From assembly GCA_021613535.1 (NCBI GenBank), contig CP075494.1:11966001-12030000 (forward strand): a DNA stretch of 64,000 bases, read 5' to 3'. The translations under genes and the position numbers were made by a program. Of the stretch, positions 1 through 14,202 are shown in pieces. The number at the start of each line of letters is the position of its first letter. The stretch's first letter is position 1. The notes under the pieces were generated by a model that saw only the letters and a list, made by a program, of their open reading frames with translations, was not told the DNA's origin and did not search any database. Origin of the DNA: Adineta vaga (Eukaryota; Animalia; Rotifera).

Positions 1-1786
1 GTGTACAACGTTGATCAATAAATAAAATTTCACCTGTATCACTATGACAACGGCATGTAAATTCAGTTGTAATCGAATTTAATGAAGATATTGAACTATT
101 CGTTAGATCATTGACATTTGGTGCACAAGAATTTTGTATACGTGCAATAGCAATAAAAGCCATTTGACCATTGGAATTTGATGATGATGATGGATTATCG
201 TGATGTGATGATGGATGATGATGAATATTTAAATTACGAATATAACCACTTATGTGTACAACTTCATAGAGATTACCATCAATGGATGGACCTAGAGAAG
301 TCCGATGGCGGCGACGTAAAATACATGGATTGATAAATGGATTTTGATGTGTAGGATCGAGTGGATTTGTTGATCCAACTCGTAAACGACAGATAAATGA
401 GCGTTTTGAACTAACTAAAATGAAAAGAAAAGTTATATTGTATGTACAACAAAGGCAATTGAATTTTTTGAATGATAAGTCTTCGTAGATTTTTGTCCAT
501 ATCTATCTCTCTACTAAGAAAAATAACTTACCTAATCGAGCACCTGTAGAATGTCCATCCTTTTTGACTGTGCCAGTTTTCAAATCTAAGACTCTTCCAC
601 TATTATTGCCATTTGGACTTCCATCTTGTGGTTGTAAATTTAATTGCTCACGAACTTTTTCAACATCATCAGGATGTACAAAATCTAGAAAGATAAAACA
701 AGAATTCGTATTGAAAAGATGAAATTTAAGAAATTTTTATTCATCTTTTACCATAAAAATATCGTGAATACCAATCTTGACATGTATATGAAAGTATATG
801 TTGAATTGCGTCACTTATATAGATAATTCGTAGATTGTCACAATTTAATGCAAAGAGAAATGCATCACATGATTCAACCATAAGATATTTCAATTCTTGA
901 TCATTTAAAAATGATGGTTTATGCAAATCAAGTTGTTGTTGTTGCGGCATTTGTGATGGATTTAATGATAATGAATTGTTATTTGTACGTAATGTTTTCA
1001 TAAATTGTGCGGCCATACGTAAAATTGTTAATTTATCTGGTTTACGTGCTAAATTTGAACATGCAGGAACCATGTCACATAATTCAGCAAAATATGTAGC
1101 CATTTTTATACGACGACGACGTTCAATTTCACAATGATTTTCACGTGCTTGTTTTTCTTTATCTTCATCTCCGCCTGTACCTCCACTATGTGAATGATTA
1201 TTTGACATCATAACATTTGGCATAGGAGCACCGCGTAAATAGCATTTATTTTCTTCATCGTCATCATCATCATCATCATCAAGATCATCATCGTTTGCCT
1301 GAAATAAATCAAATAGAAGAAGACAATTTTAAATTTAAAATGACTTACCATTTTACGTTTTCCGCCAGCTTTATTTGCTACAGTATTGCCAGGTAATTTT
1401 TCTGAACCAGTAGCATTTCGTTTTCGTTGACCTGCTTTACGTGATGATTCAATTGAACTCGATGATGATGCTACAGAGGGTGATGATGTATTAAAATCTG
1501 CATGATGTGGATGATGATTTAATCCTGTTGTTGTGGGATAGAATCCTGTCGTTTGTTGAACATGAAGAAGTTGTTGCGATGGCAAGGGATGACCATAATA
1601 ATGTTGATATTGACCTACGGCTGGTACTGATGGCGCAGATGAAGCAGCAGCAGCCACAACAGCAACGGCTGCATATGCAGCATTTGTATTTTGATTCAGG
1701 TATGGATGTTGAATAATTGATCCGGATGAATTGGCCATATCATCATTGGAAGGTACACCCTCATTTCCATAATTAATAGAAGACAT
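1..1786 (-). CDS. ARNT: ARNT/tango bHLH-PAS transcription factor, multi-exon; 3' end lies beyond the left edge of the window
   Basis: bHLH 'ARENHCEIERRRRIKMATYFAELCDMVPACSNLARKPDKLTILRMA' is nearly identical to ARNT/tango. PAS-A follows ('KPSFLNDQELKYLMVESCDAFLF...'). ATG at 1786, first intron ~1348-1299. Confidence 0.93.
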
Positions 1787-2245
1787 AATGAAAGAAAAAA
1801 AGAATTAAGGTCGATAAGCGATATAATAACGGCTAATATCAACTTTATCTGAAAATAAAACAGATGAAAATTTATGAAATGAAAGATAAAATAAATGTTG
1901 TTGCTGATTTAGTTTTATTTCTTTTTTTTTACTATCATACTTTTTTTTTCTTCTTTGGCATTATTTTTTTTTGTGTATCTATCACGGTTCTTGGAAAAAA
2001 ATCTTCACACACACAGTAAAACTTCATAGACGGTGTGACAATAGCGCGAGAGATATAAAAGAGAAAAAAACAACAACAAATAAACGTTTTGCCTATATAC
2101 ACCGGGTGTTTGGTTTTTTATGAAGAAAAATAACAACAACAACAATACGGATTTATCTAATATCTGTGTGTATGAATTTATCTCGCGCGTATGTCAAATT
2201 AGTAATAACGAATATAAAAAAAAAGAAAAAAAAATCTTATGATGT

Positions 2246-3753
2246 TTAAAAAGCTTGTCTAACTGATTGATGATAATTAGAATTAGGAATAATAGATGTT
2301 TTCGCTTTTCCATAAGAAGTATCATGATCGTAATTACTCTTTTCATTCGGTGAATTACTTCCTTGTTGTCCTGTACCACTATCAGCGATTGCACCACTAG
2401 CTCCTGCACCTCCCGATGTATAATAAGAATTGTAATCATAAACATTACCACCATAGACTATACATCAAGTGAAATCGAGATAAACAAATGAAAAAACATA
2501 GAAAAAAACAAACCATTCGGATCTGCTGCATAGACGTTGGATGTTGGATGAGGAGCACCATAACCATAATGGGAATAATATTCATTCGCATTCACTCCAC
2601 TCGATGGTGCATATGAATATTGAGAATTTGTTTGATGTTGTGAATATTGTTGATAGGATGATGTTGCGGAATTTGAAGCACCTGTTGCATCAGAACCACT
2701 ACTATACGAATAAGCCCCATGATTACCTTGTTGATTATAGGGATAATTATTCCATGCTGCGTAACTATAAATACAAGAAGAAAAAACTATTGCGGATCTT
2801 TTATCTTCCTATTTAGCAAAATTCTCCAAGTGAATGATATGCCTCGATCAAAATAATCTCTATTAGTCTTCATAAATGATTTCCTTACGGATCAGCAGCT
2901 GTATAAGCGTTTACACCATAAGCTGGTACACCAGATCCATAATTGGCATACATAGACTGTTGCCCATAATGATCGTAAAGTTGTTGTTGTTGCTGTTGAT
3001 TATTTGATGTTTTTGGTTTGGCTCTTTTGACATCAACAGTTATATCACCAATGGTGTGTCTCTGTAACCGAAGTACTTCTTGTGCGGATTGTTCATTTTG
3101 AAAAGAAATAAAACAAAATGGACGTCGTTCATTTTTTTCTTTATCAAATGGTAAATCAATTTCTAAATGGAAAATCAATTGGAAAATGAGGAAATCAATG
3201 AATGAGACGATTTTATTTTACCATCAATTGGTCCAAATTGTGAAAAATATTCTCTTAATTGTGTATCAGGAAAATTAGGATCAAGACCACCAATAAAAAC
3301 TTTTCGATTATTATTCGATATTGAATTCATTGATGATGATGATGACATCTGATTATTATTTGTCATCGCTAGACGACGATGTGCGGGTTTTGGATCAACT
3401 TTACGACCTTTGACAAAATGTTCATTTTGTGAAAGAATCTTATCAACTATATCTTTTCTATCAAATACAAGAAAAGCAAAACCTCGACTACGTCCTGTTG
3501 TTGGATCATGTTTAATTGAACAATCAAGAATATTACCAAAACTAGAAAAGTATTCACGTAAATCGTCTTGAGTTGTATCCCACGTTAAACCACCTGAATG
3601 AAATAATTTCAAGTAAGTAGACATATATAACAAAACGAAAATACGGTCTATATTACCAACAAATAATTTTCTATCATCTTCTGCTTTTTGACCATTAGCT
3701 TCAGGAATGGGTGATGTTTGACCATCATCATTATTTGAATTTATTGATGTCAT
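2246..3753 (-). CDS. hnRNP D/AB (squid)-like RNA-binding protein: two RRMs plus a Tyr/Gly/Gln-rich tail, multi-exon
   Basis: RNP2/RNP1 pairs KLFVGGL/RGFAFLVF and KVFIGGL/RPFCFISF. ATG at 3753; last exon ends '...SVRQAF*' with TAA at 2246-2248. Confidence 0.88.
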
Positions 3754-4813
3754 TTGAAAAACTAGAGTCAAACGAATATTTTGATAAAAGATCAGTTCAA
3801 AGTACAAGAAAAGGGCATACTTACACAGTATAGGAAATAAGTTTTATTTGCTTAATGTAAAAAGGGAAAGTTGAAACGAACAGTGACAATCGAACAAGCA
3901 CAAGTTCTGATGTCTAAAATAAGAAAAATAACAACGTACGACTAAAAAATAAACAAACAATTGAAACTAATCTATGGATAAACAATAGAAAGGGAGGGAA
4001 TAAAAGAAATTGTTTGTTTATTTATTATGTTCCCGTTGTTTGATAAATCGCCTCGATATATATATAAGATGAATCATTTCACTAGATAGTCGAGATAATA
4101 GATGTTGAACTAGATGTCAATATGAATGAGCGGAAAATTTTTTTTTTCTCATCGTCATCGTCATATGTTGTCCCTGTGTACGATTGCCATAATTGAATGC
4201 TTTCAATTGGACTCAATTCGGATGTTTTTTAGGTAATTAATGATATCAATTTTTTCACTTTTAAAAATTAGAAAAGAAATATATTTATTCATTTTTTAAT
4301 TGTAAGGATAAATCGTGTTTTTTCTTTTAAAATATTAATTTATTTAATCAGCGACATCTGATACATAGATGTCGTTTGTATTCACCACAAATATTGAATC
4401 GTATTTCACTTCTTTTTCTCGCATTCAGAATTTGTATGAATCTATAGATATCTTTTTTCGTATCATAAACAAAAGAACAAACTAAATCTACTTTTTTCCT
4501 TTTTCAATATCAATAGTCTGATACATAAATTGTTTTATCGGATGTAGTATAATAAACTGGTACACTTGTTGAGGTATATGTAGGATTTGTTGGTAATACT
4601 GTAATATTAAAGGCACATTGTGATTGTCTAGGCATTGATGGGATAACACTAAAACACCAACATACATATATACATATATATATATATAGAGAGAGAGACA
4701 AAGAGAGAGAATATATTTTGATTAGATTCAGTTAGAATAATAAACAAGCATGCAACTAATCTATTCTTTTTTATAATTTCTATGTGATACTAACTAAATG
4801 AAATAAACATACA

Positions 4814-5988
4814 TTAAAAATCAGTTACAAATTCGTTCTGATTCATAGGACTGGAAATAAAGATTAGAAATGTAATTTTGGAAATATAGTTTGAACTTAC
4901 TTAACACGACTAATATGATGATTCATAACTTCTTGAACATTATCATTTGAATAGAGTGACATGGGAGAATTAAATTGACGATGAACAAGATTAGTCGATT
5001 GTGGTGATGAAGGATTGTAATATTGTTTTTGAACATAAGGATTTATTTGAACTTTTTTCTGATATGTTGGAGTATAAGATTCTGATTCATTACTGAAAGA
5101 ATTTGTCCATGATGGTGATAATGTATTCGGATAATTTGCTGTAGACATAGCTCGGTTACGATGATTATAAGTTGGACCAGGATAGACGAGACGAACAGGC
5201 GAATATGAATTATTATTAAAATCATTGAGTCGATCTGAATGAAATGAAGGTGGTTGCATATAACCACGTGTTTTTGTTGAAACAGATGGAACTGGTCCAG
5301 GCATCATTGGACTACCTGTTTGACTAGAAATCGAAAGAAAGAAAATTTAATTTCGAGGAAGAAACGATTGATGTATAATACCTTAGTAATGGTTTTGGTT
5401 CAGGTATACGTTCCAATGGTCGATTTCGAAAGAATGACTAAAATAGAAATAGAATATTATGTTTCACAATTGAAAAGATATGAATTACCATAGGTGTAAG
5501 TTGATGTGTTGAAGGTGACCATGGTGAACGTGAACTTTCATGAGACCATGATATTGCTGACATTGGACGTTGATTTCTCGGAACGGATGATGTCAAAGAA
5601 CTAAGTTCGGATCCTCTGTGGAAAGAGAAACACGATCAAATTAATAGTTAAGTGCAAATAATTAATCAAACCTTTGAATAAGAAATGTAATTTGACCACC
5701 AGCTCGTTGTATTAATTCAAGTGCATCCGTATGTAACATAGAACTAATTGGTGTGTGATCAATTTCCAAAATAACATCACCCCGATGTAAATTACCATCT
5801 GCTGGGCTACATGCACTGATCTGTAAATAAGTTTAGAAAAAAAATCTCCACTTTAATAAAATATTTATTATTACTTTATTAACAATAAATGGTGATCGAA
5901 AATCTACACCACCTTGCAAACGAAAACCCCATGAGGTTTGCAAGCTATCTCGTTGAAGAGTAACCTTGATCGTTTGTGTTGTTGCCAT
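4814..5988 (-). CDS. PDZ + ZM-motif protein (Zasp/PDLIM-like, no LIM domain); alternative last exon at 4510-4648
   Basis: Exon 1 'MATTQTIKVTLQRDSLQTSWGFRLQGGVDFRSPFIVNK' is an ALP/Enigma-type PDZ start. ZM motif 'LVHRQFNSPMSLYSNDNV'. The donor at 4900 joins in frame to exon 4850-4814 (..NEFVTDF*) or exon 4648-4510 (..IYVSDY*). Confidence 0.85.
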
Positions 5989-6787
5989 TAACGGATAGCC
6001 GTGCAGATTAATGTCTCACACCCGTTTTCTTCTTCTTCGTCTTTGTCTGCTTATCATAGAATAGAGAACGATTATGTTGTTCTCTCATATGTCGGTATTT
6101 GAACTTTTCTATCCCGATAAGAATATATCTCTCGCTGTCGAATATTCCTTAATCATCCCAAAGGAGTAACGATCGCTATCTGTAAAAAACAGTTGAGGAT
6201 AATAATGGTAGAACGATAAAATTCATTGTACTTCCCTCCCACTTCCATCTGTAGACAATACTTTTTCATCGATAACTTCGCATTCGTCTCCCGCTTAGAT
6301 CGGCTTCGAAGAATCACGTCAGTCATATATAATACTAATAACAACAACAACAAGCAGATTGACGACGTCAATAACTTTTAAAAGAGATGGATGATCTTCG
6401 TTTGCATTAATCTTTTAATATATCACCAATAGCAAACAACAAATACTGAGCATAGATTAGAATATACAATTATACACTTTCATAGTAACTTTAAAGAACA
6501 TAGATAATTTGAATATAGAAGATTAATGGTAATGATTCTATATATTAATGAAAGTCGCGTAGATGAAATCTATGATCGTAAAGGTTATTAAAAATGAAAG
6601 TAGATCACCCGCTTGCAATTATTGATTGTTTATATGATAAAAAAAATACGACTAATCATACTATATTCGTAGAGAGATATCAATGAATTTCTTTTATTCA
6701 GTTATTTATTTGGAAGAATGACTGAAATTTATTAATAAGGTAAAAATCTGGTTAAAAAAAAAACAAATCTTCATATTCTTGAAACAT

Positions 6788-9700
6788 TCATTGTATTGAA
6801 CAAGCTGCTGAATGTTTTTCACTATTAAAAACCGTTGCCTTTGAATCATTATCTCTATTTGAATTGCCAGATCTTATTGTTCTCTTCCAAAATGATACAC
6901 TTGATCTTGCACTATTAGAACCTTTTTCATCACGTGCAGTCGATGCTCTAGTTTGATTTTCTTGTTCATTTGCTTCTTGAATTATGGATAATGTATCCAA
7001 ATCAGTATTATTAGATCGTTTGCATAAAGTTGGTCGTCTCATACTAACACGATATGATAATGAAACACGACGTTGTCGATTTGCCATTCTTTCGTAATAA
7101 TCATCCCACTAAATAAAAGAGAATATTCAACTTAGCTAAATGATGTTATCTCAGAATAGTCTATCGATTAGAAATATAGTTTTACGCAAAGATACCAAAC
7201 TCTTTCAATTCCTACAGAGTATTTATCGATAATTTCTTAACTTACATAGTTTTTTTTATTCGGATCAACATGTTCTGCATCATCTAAATACTGTTGTTCT
7301 TCCAAACCGAATAAATAAATTTCCATAGTATTATCTCCTTTGTCCTAAACGATATCATTCAAAAAAGAATCTTCATTTATTCATAGTTACTGTTATATGT
7401 GTAGGTTTTAATTTAGTTCCTGAACTAAATACAACTGCTGATATTAATTTATAAAATGTTGCATAATCATTTTTATCTTCCCAATCACGACATATTTGCT
7501 AATTGAAAAAAAAACAAAGAATTCTTTATTTTATGAAACAAATTGTAGAAAATTTTTTTACTTGAATTCGTTTTTCTTTTTGTTCTAATCGAATATATTT
7601 CTTATGTAATAATGTTAATTCTGCTTTAAGTTTCGAATCACCAGGTAAACTTGAATTTGGATGATTTACTGGTGTTAAATTCGTATTATCTTGTTTTTGT
7701 TCCATAATTTTCATATCCTAGAAGATGATTTATTCATTTTCAATTTGACAAATTTTCATTTCATACTCGTGTTGTCATTCGATATAATTTCGCCGAAGAT
7801 TTACTTTCTTCTTGTACAGCAAAGATTTGAAAAACAATGCATCCATTTTCAAAAAAGTTTAACCAATCCTATGAAATAAAACAAAAGATTTCCTTTACAA
7901 TAGATACGTATATGGATCGAAATGTACTTCATCAATACTATTTATTGTAACAATACGTGTTTGTTTTATTCGAGCACATGTTGCATTACGACAAATGATA
8001 TTTGTTTCACTAAATTCATTTTCATTGAAGATTTTATGACGTATACGAAGACCTTTATTATAACGTTCATCATTTATTTCAATGTAATTCATTGTCACCT
8101 ATAAAGAATACCATTCATTTTTCTTGAGACAATTCTAATGATAATAAATAAAGCTTTGTTTACTTTAAAATGATATGGTTTATTTAGAAGTTCATCGGGT
8201 TGATCAATAAAATGTTCTTCAGTTACTATTTGACCATTGGATAAACAAGGATTTAAATTCACACTAAATCGACCATGTTCTAAACCCTAAATAGAAAATT
8301 GATAATATTTTTCGTCGAATTTTGTCATTCAACAAAAGATTTACTTTGTAATCAACAATGGCAACTTCATCATCAAAATCTAATAAATAAGCTAAACTTT
8401 GTACAAATACATTCGCAGTACCAATTAAAACATCTTCAACTGGTTCCCAAAATCTAAACAAATAGTTTCTATCGAAACAATAATGAAATCATCAATTCTT
8501 ACGGATCATCTTCTTTAGCAATATATAGAACATCTTCATCTCCATCGAGAAATTTCTGATAATGTTCCTAGAAAAATACATTTGTTTATTTTCAATCGAT
8601 AATCAATGAATTACTTTAATGATATAACTTCGATTGAAAAACTTCGTATCATCCCAATACCAAATATTCTGATTGATTAAATTTCTCATTCGAATCATCA
8701 CTCTAGAAAAGATTTTATCGAGAAAAAAAAAGCCCAATCCAACAGGCAATTGTTTCTACTTTGATCCTTTTATTGAAATTCCATCCCATGCTAATATAGG
8801 CATAAGAACAAGTTCAAATGCTCGATATTTATTTAATTCTTCACTAATTGCATTCACTTCCGATAGTAATGGTAATAAAGACAAGATTTTTTCTTGAATA
8901 ACTTCTTGTTCAATACTTAGATTATTTCCAAAGGAATAACCTTTAGCTTTCGCTATTTCTTTTTGTGCAAATTCCCATGTAATCACATTTGGAATATTCA
9001 ATGATGAATCGTTTTCATTATTTGGATTCAAAAATACATACAAATGATTCGCACCAAATAGAACACGATCTTTATGATTTAGAGCAGTTGTTCTATAAGA
9101 GAAATATTTCATTGAAGAAGTTTGATCAATGTCTTTACCCATTTATATTGAAACCATTAACTTTGATTTTTGCACCTGTTTCTGTTGGTATTAATTCATA
9201 TTCATTTGTTTCAGTTCGATGAATCATAGCATGATGTTCAAGTATACTTATTCCATGAAGATAAATCGTACAATCTCGACTACCGATAGTAACTGTATCT
9301 GTATTCATATAATGCCGTATAATATATGATAATAAAGGATCTTCATTCAAATTAGTTAAACATGCAATTGATTGTTTTGATTTTAATGATGATTTTCGAG
9401 ATTTATCTTCCAATTGAGCATTTTTCAACTAAATAGATTATTTTATTCTTACAAACTATGCATTTTAGAAACTCATTAGCTTTCTCGACTTGTTTTTTTT
9501 TCTTCTTCTTTTCATACCTTAACATCCCATGATAATTTAGAATCTTGTAAAAGTTTTTGATTATTTTGTATTTGTGATTGAATTTCTTCTTCCATTTGTT
9601 TTCGAACGACTTCAATATCTTGTTCGGACATACCAGGCTTAACGTCTAATTGTAAATTGTAATTTCCTGTTTCAATTAACACTTTCAAACGTTGATTATC

Positions 9701-11762
9701 TTCCTATTAACAAATAAAATTCATTTTCTTTGTTTTTTTCCTTCTTTTTAATCGAATTTACTTTTAATTGACGAATTAATTTATCTGTTGGATTTTCATT
9801 AATAACAACAACATTTTTAATACGTTTAACTCGATCTGCAAAACGAAGTGTACTCAATGTTTCATCATAATTAACATCTGCAGGTGACAATGCAGCAATC
9901 ATAATTGTTTTACTATTTCCTCCCAATGCATTTTGAAGTAATTTTGTTAAAATAGAATCTCGATATGGTACGACAATTTTTCTTTTTACTCCGGATGATA
10001 TATCGACTAATGCAGATATGACATTTCCTAATGTCGATAAGGATCGATTGATATTTGTACTTTCTTTTAATCGATCACCTGTTACTCCCGTATTTGAAAT
10101 ACGTTCCGATCCTTTGGAAAAAATACAATTCAAAATGTAAATTCAAAGACAAAAAAAACAGGATGTTTTCGTTACCAGCAAGATCAACAAGATTGATTAC
10201 ACTCGTTTTTTTCGTATCTTCAAGATCATTTTTAATGATTTGATCGAAATAAATTGTTACAATAGTATGTGCTCGACTACTCGTAGTATTCATATTTGTT
10301 GCAGCGATTGTTCGATTTTCTGTTCCTCCAATTATACGACGTTCTATATCAGCATAACTACCAACAGGTACAATACAAAGACCTTGAGGATAGAAATGAC
10401 CCGAAGTCGGATGTTGTCGAACAGTTAAACCTAAACAAATTTCTCTTCTATTTCATGTTAAACCTTACAGTTGCTTTAGTTTTACCTCCTTTCGGAAAAT
10501 TCCGTGTCAATAGATCACGAACTTGTTCATTATATACTTCCATCATTGATACAGCAACTTCAAATCGCTATAGACAAAGAAATTAATAAATCGAAAACTC
10601 GACATTTAATTCTCAATTTTACATATATCTTAATCAGATTTTACTAGTAATGATAAGAAAAGTTCTTTTCTCTGTGTCACGTTGAGCAATAACATTAACT
10701 ATTAATATATAGAGAGTTTGCCTCTCACTAACATATGTAGATGATTAAGTTTTTTTTCTTCATTTTTCACGCAGTCGTTAATTTAAAAAAGTAATTAATG
10801 AAATAAGCATGCATTTATTTCTCTTAACTTTACGTGTTAGAAAATCATATTCATAGAATTCATTTGACTAAGAAATAAGTTTTTCATATTTAAAAACAAA
10901 AAACTAAACATTTAATCTAAGTTTTACGTACGATAGTTGAACTTTTTTTCTCTTCAATCTGTTGAAACAATTGATCACATGCAATGGGTACGATTCCACT
11001 AATAAACAAACATACTTTGTCAAATAACTAAAGATAGAAAAAGAATTATTTTACCGATTAATTCCATAACCAATCATAGAAAAACTTTTTCCGGAACCAG
11101 TTTGACCATATGCAAATAACGAACAATTAAAACCTAAAAATTCAAAACTAGAAGAAAAAGAAAACTTGTAAAAATTTCTGTACCTTCGAATGCATTTTTT
11201 AACACATCATGACCAAGATCATCAAACACCTTTTGTTGATTCGCATACAATGAAGACGAATTATTTGGTTCTAATTTTCCCGATGGAAGTTCAATAAAAC
11301 CATCATGTGACCTAGATAACATGTTTTATTTGCCAACAAATTGCATTGTCATTCAACTTACCAATATGAATAATCAAAAGAAAACTTGAAAGGAAATGGT
11401 AAACATCATCAAACTTTTAATTCGTAATATTACTCACTTGTTTTTGTTCGTCAGCTAAAAGATTTTCGAAATCGAACTTACTTTAACGATAAATATACTT
11501 TCAAAAAAGCTTACATGATGATCGTGGATCTGTGATAAAAGTTGATTTTCCATTCATATGAATAATCAATTTTGCTTTGCGATCTTTTTCTCTATTGAAT
11601 CAAAAGAATTTGTTTTGAAGAGAAAAAGAAAAATGATTTTTCTTTTCATTTTACCGTTCATTAAATGGTCGAACACGTACAGCAACTTTAACACTAATCA
11701 AATTCGATAATTCTTATTGTTTTAAACTCGAATAAAACCTCTACTTACGATTCTTCACTCAT
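6788..11762 (-). CDS. Kinesin-3 family motor, KIF28-like (motor + FHA), many short exons
   Basis: '[13 protein letters not shown]', P-loop '[11 protein letters not shown]', switch I 'SSRAH', switch II 'LVDLAGSER', '[12 protein letters not shown]'. FHA '[11 protein letters not shown]...[13 protein letters not shown]'. KIF28-type '[22 protein letters not shown]'. The 3' exon joins are less certain. Confidence 0.88.
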
Positions 11763-12561
11763 TGTTAAAATGTTAATTTTTTCAAGTAAAAGAAATGTGC
11801 AATTTGAATGTTAATAACGAGAAATGATGTAAGGAAAGTATATATATATATATATGAAAGAAAGTGGAAGGGAATATTTAACATCAAGAGAATATTTAAA
11901 AAACGTAAAAGAAAAAAAAATTCTATTGTCATTTACTTAAAGACTCATAACCGTGCAATTCATGCCAAATGAATATTTTGACACTTAAAAAACAGAAAAA
12001 AAAGCTTATCTTTCTTTTTATTTTTCTAATTGTGTTAGAAAAGAGAGAAGAAAAGTGTACTGCAAAATTAGCAGACAAATATTATATGTTTTCTATCTCA
12101 AAACAATTGGTATTGTCATGTGTATAGAATAATGAATAAATGATATCAATAAGAACATAATTAAATGTAAAAGGTCATACTAATGTTTTTGAAAAAGAAA
12201 ATCTTTTGAGATTTGTTTCTCATTATTTCTACTTTTTGAATGAATATTATTTGCGCATTTGATATATGGTAAGAGAAATAATATTTTAGGAAACATTTAC
12301 AAATGTTCGTAGTTAATATAATTATATCTTCAAACCATAACAGATATTTAGTATAATTCTGAAGCGTTTTCAGATGTTGTTATCAAGTCTAATTAATTGA
12401 TATCGTATGTGTTGTTACTCAAATAAACATGATATTCTTCTTTCAGTATATTTCTATCCGACAAATGTTATCAGATTCATTGATTGTATAAACAATTATA
12501 TCTCAAAAAAATTTCTTTATTATGTTTTTATATTTCTAAGAAATAATATCACGTTAAACAA

Positions 12562-13269
12562 CTAAAAAAACTCGCAATGTTGTCTATATAGAATAGCAAA
12601 AAAAAGTGTATTAATAATTGATTGGAGAAATCCTACAGCGAATACAGCTATTAAAGATCCATTTAATATTTTATATGAAGATTTGCATGATGGACTTTTT
12701 GTATTATCAATATCTGTATTATTATCATCGCATTTATCTGTTAATATAATCACAATACCAATACTTAATATAATACCAACAAATATCGTTTGCCAAAAGA
12801 ATACATGGGAAAGTTTCAAATAAATTTTGTGAAAATGAGAACGAAATAATACAATTGTATTAATACCAATACTTGCAAGTAATACACCAGCCCAAAAACC
12901 ATAATAATAGTAGATTATGGAATGTGATGCAAGCATACCTATCTGTATACCAATAGCACCAAGACCTAGTAATATAGTGATAATTCCATTGATAAATAAA
13001 TAAATACGAATTTTTTTTGATAAAATATTTTCAGAATTTACTGATGGAACTTCAGGATTTATGTCGACACATCCATCTGTTAATGGTGGTCCTGGATAAT
13101 TATTGATATATACAACGGATTGACCATTGACATCGGTATATGTTGGTGGTGGATGTGTGTCAGGAATATATTCATCGGTTTTGTAAAAAGCAGATGTATA
13201 TGGCGGTGGTGGTGGTAATTCTATTCGATCAGTATTTTCATTATTGGTTTGATTAGATATTCTTTCCAT
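12562..13269 (-). CDS. Intronless four-TM protein, MS4A/CD20-like topology, with N-terminal PY motifs
   Basis: Four hydrophobic segments, 'YYGFWAG' near TM2, and a Cys pair in the TM3-TM4 loop. PPPY and PPTY lie in the N-terminus. ATG at 13269. Confidence 0.6.
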   Translation of the reverse strand: MERISNQTNNENTDRIELPPPPPYTSAFYKTDEYIPDTHPPPTYTDVNGQSVVYINNYPGPPLTDGCVDINPEVPSVNSENILSKKIRIYLFINGIITILLGLGAIGIQIGMLASHSIIYYYYGFWAGVLLASIGINTIVLFRSHFHKIYLKLSHVFFWQTIFVGIILSIGIVIILTDKCDDNNTDIDNTKSPSCKSSYKILNGSLIAVFAVGFLQSIINTLFFAILYRQHCEFF

Positions 13270-14202
13270 ATTTATTTTGCGTATTTGATAAATGTAATAC
13301 ACTGTCTTTCTTTTTTACTCATGTTTATTTTGATTGAGGAAAAAAAAGTAGCAGGTACATACCATGCAAGAAATCAAGCATAGCCTTTTCAAATCATCAT
13401 TAAAGATGCTCCTTGTATTACACTTGTGCAGAACGAAGAAATATACACATGTGTCAAAGTACATCAATAATAATGATGTTTACTACGCCCAAAAACGTGG
13501 GATTCAATAAACAAGGCGACATTACATATAATATAAAATAGATGTTTAATGAAAGATTAATATTAACTAGTGTTCTTGCAATAGAGTTGTTTTTTGTCAT
13601 TCGTATTTTAAACAATGAACTTATGATTTATAAATAATAATTGATGATGAATTGTTTTAAAAAAAACCATGCAGATTCAAATAATCATTGTTATACTGAA
13701 TTATTCTTCAAAAAACTAGTCAATTCAAAAGAGATGTTTTGAATACAGTGACACTTATAGTAAATATATAAAATAAATTCTTATTTATTTCGTGAAAAGA
13801 AAAACGATATCAATGAAATAGTCCAGTGTTCGTATTCGATACATTTCGATTTATTATCAATTCATACAGAGATATAAATTAAAAATTGTGGTGTATTTTT
13901 CTCGTTATCAGATCAAATAAATATAGGCGATAATCAATATCGATTTTGTCATCTGTAGTAAACAGTACTATAGTTCTCACACATCGGAATTATTTATTCG
14001 TTTCAGTAATATAAGTGGGCGAATAATCTTTTAAATAACAATCTCTGTTTTTTAAAAGCTTGATAAAAAAACCTATTATTTTGTTATTTTTGTATATATA
14101 TATATGTCCTTGTTGCTTGAATTAAACTTAAGATCATATTTAAATATATATATGCTAATCAAGTTCTTTCATTTAGAATTAAATCCACACAATTAATTCC
14201 TC

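Noticed and set aside
1507-2816. Short ORFs 1507-1716, 2194-2454 and 2541-2816
   Set aside because: Antisense or off-frame shadows of ARNT and hnRNP exons.
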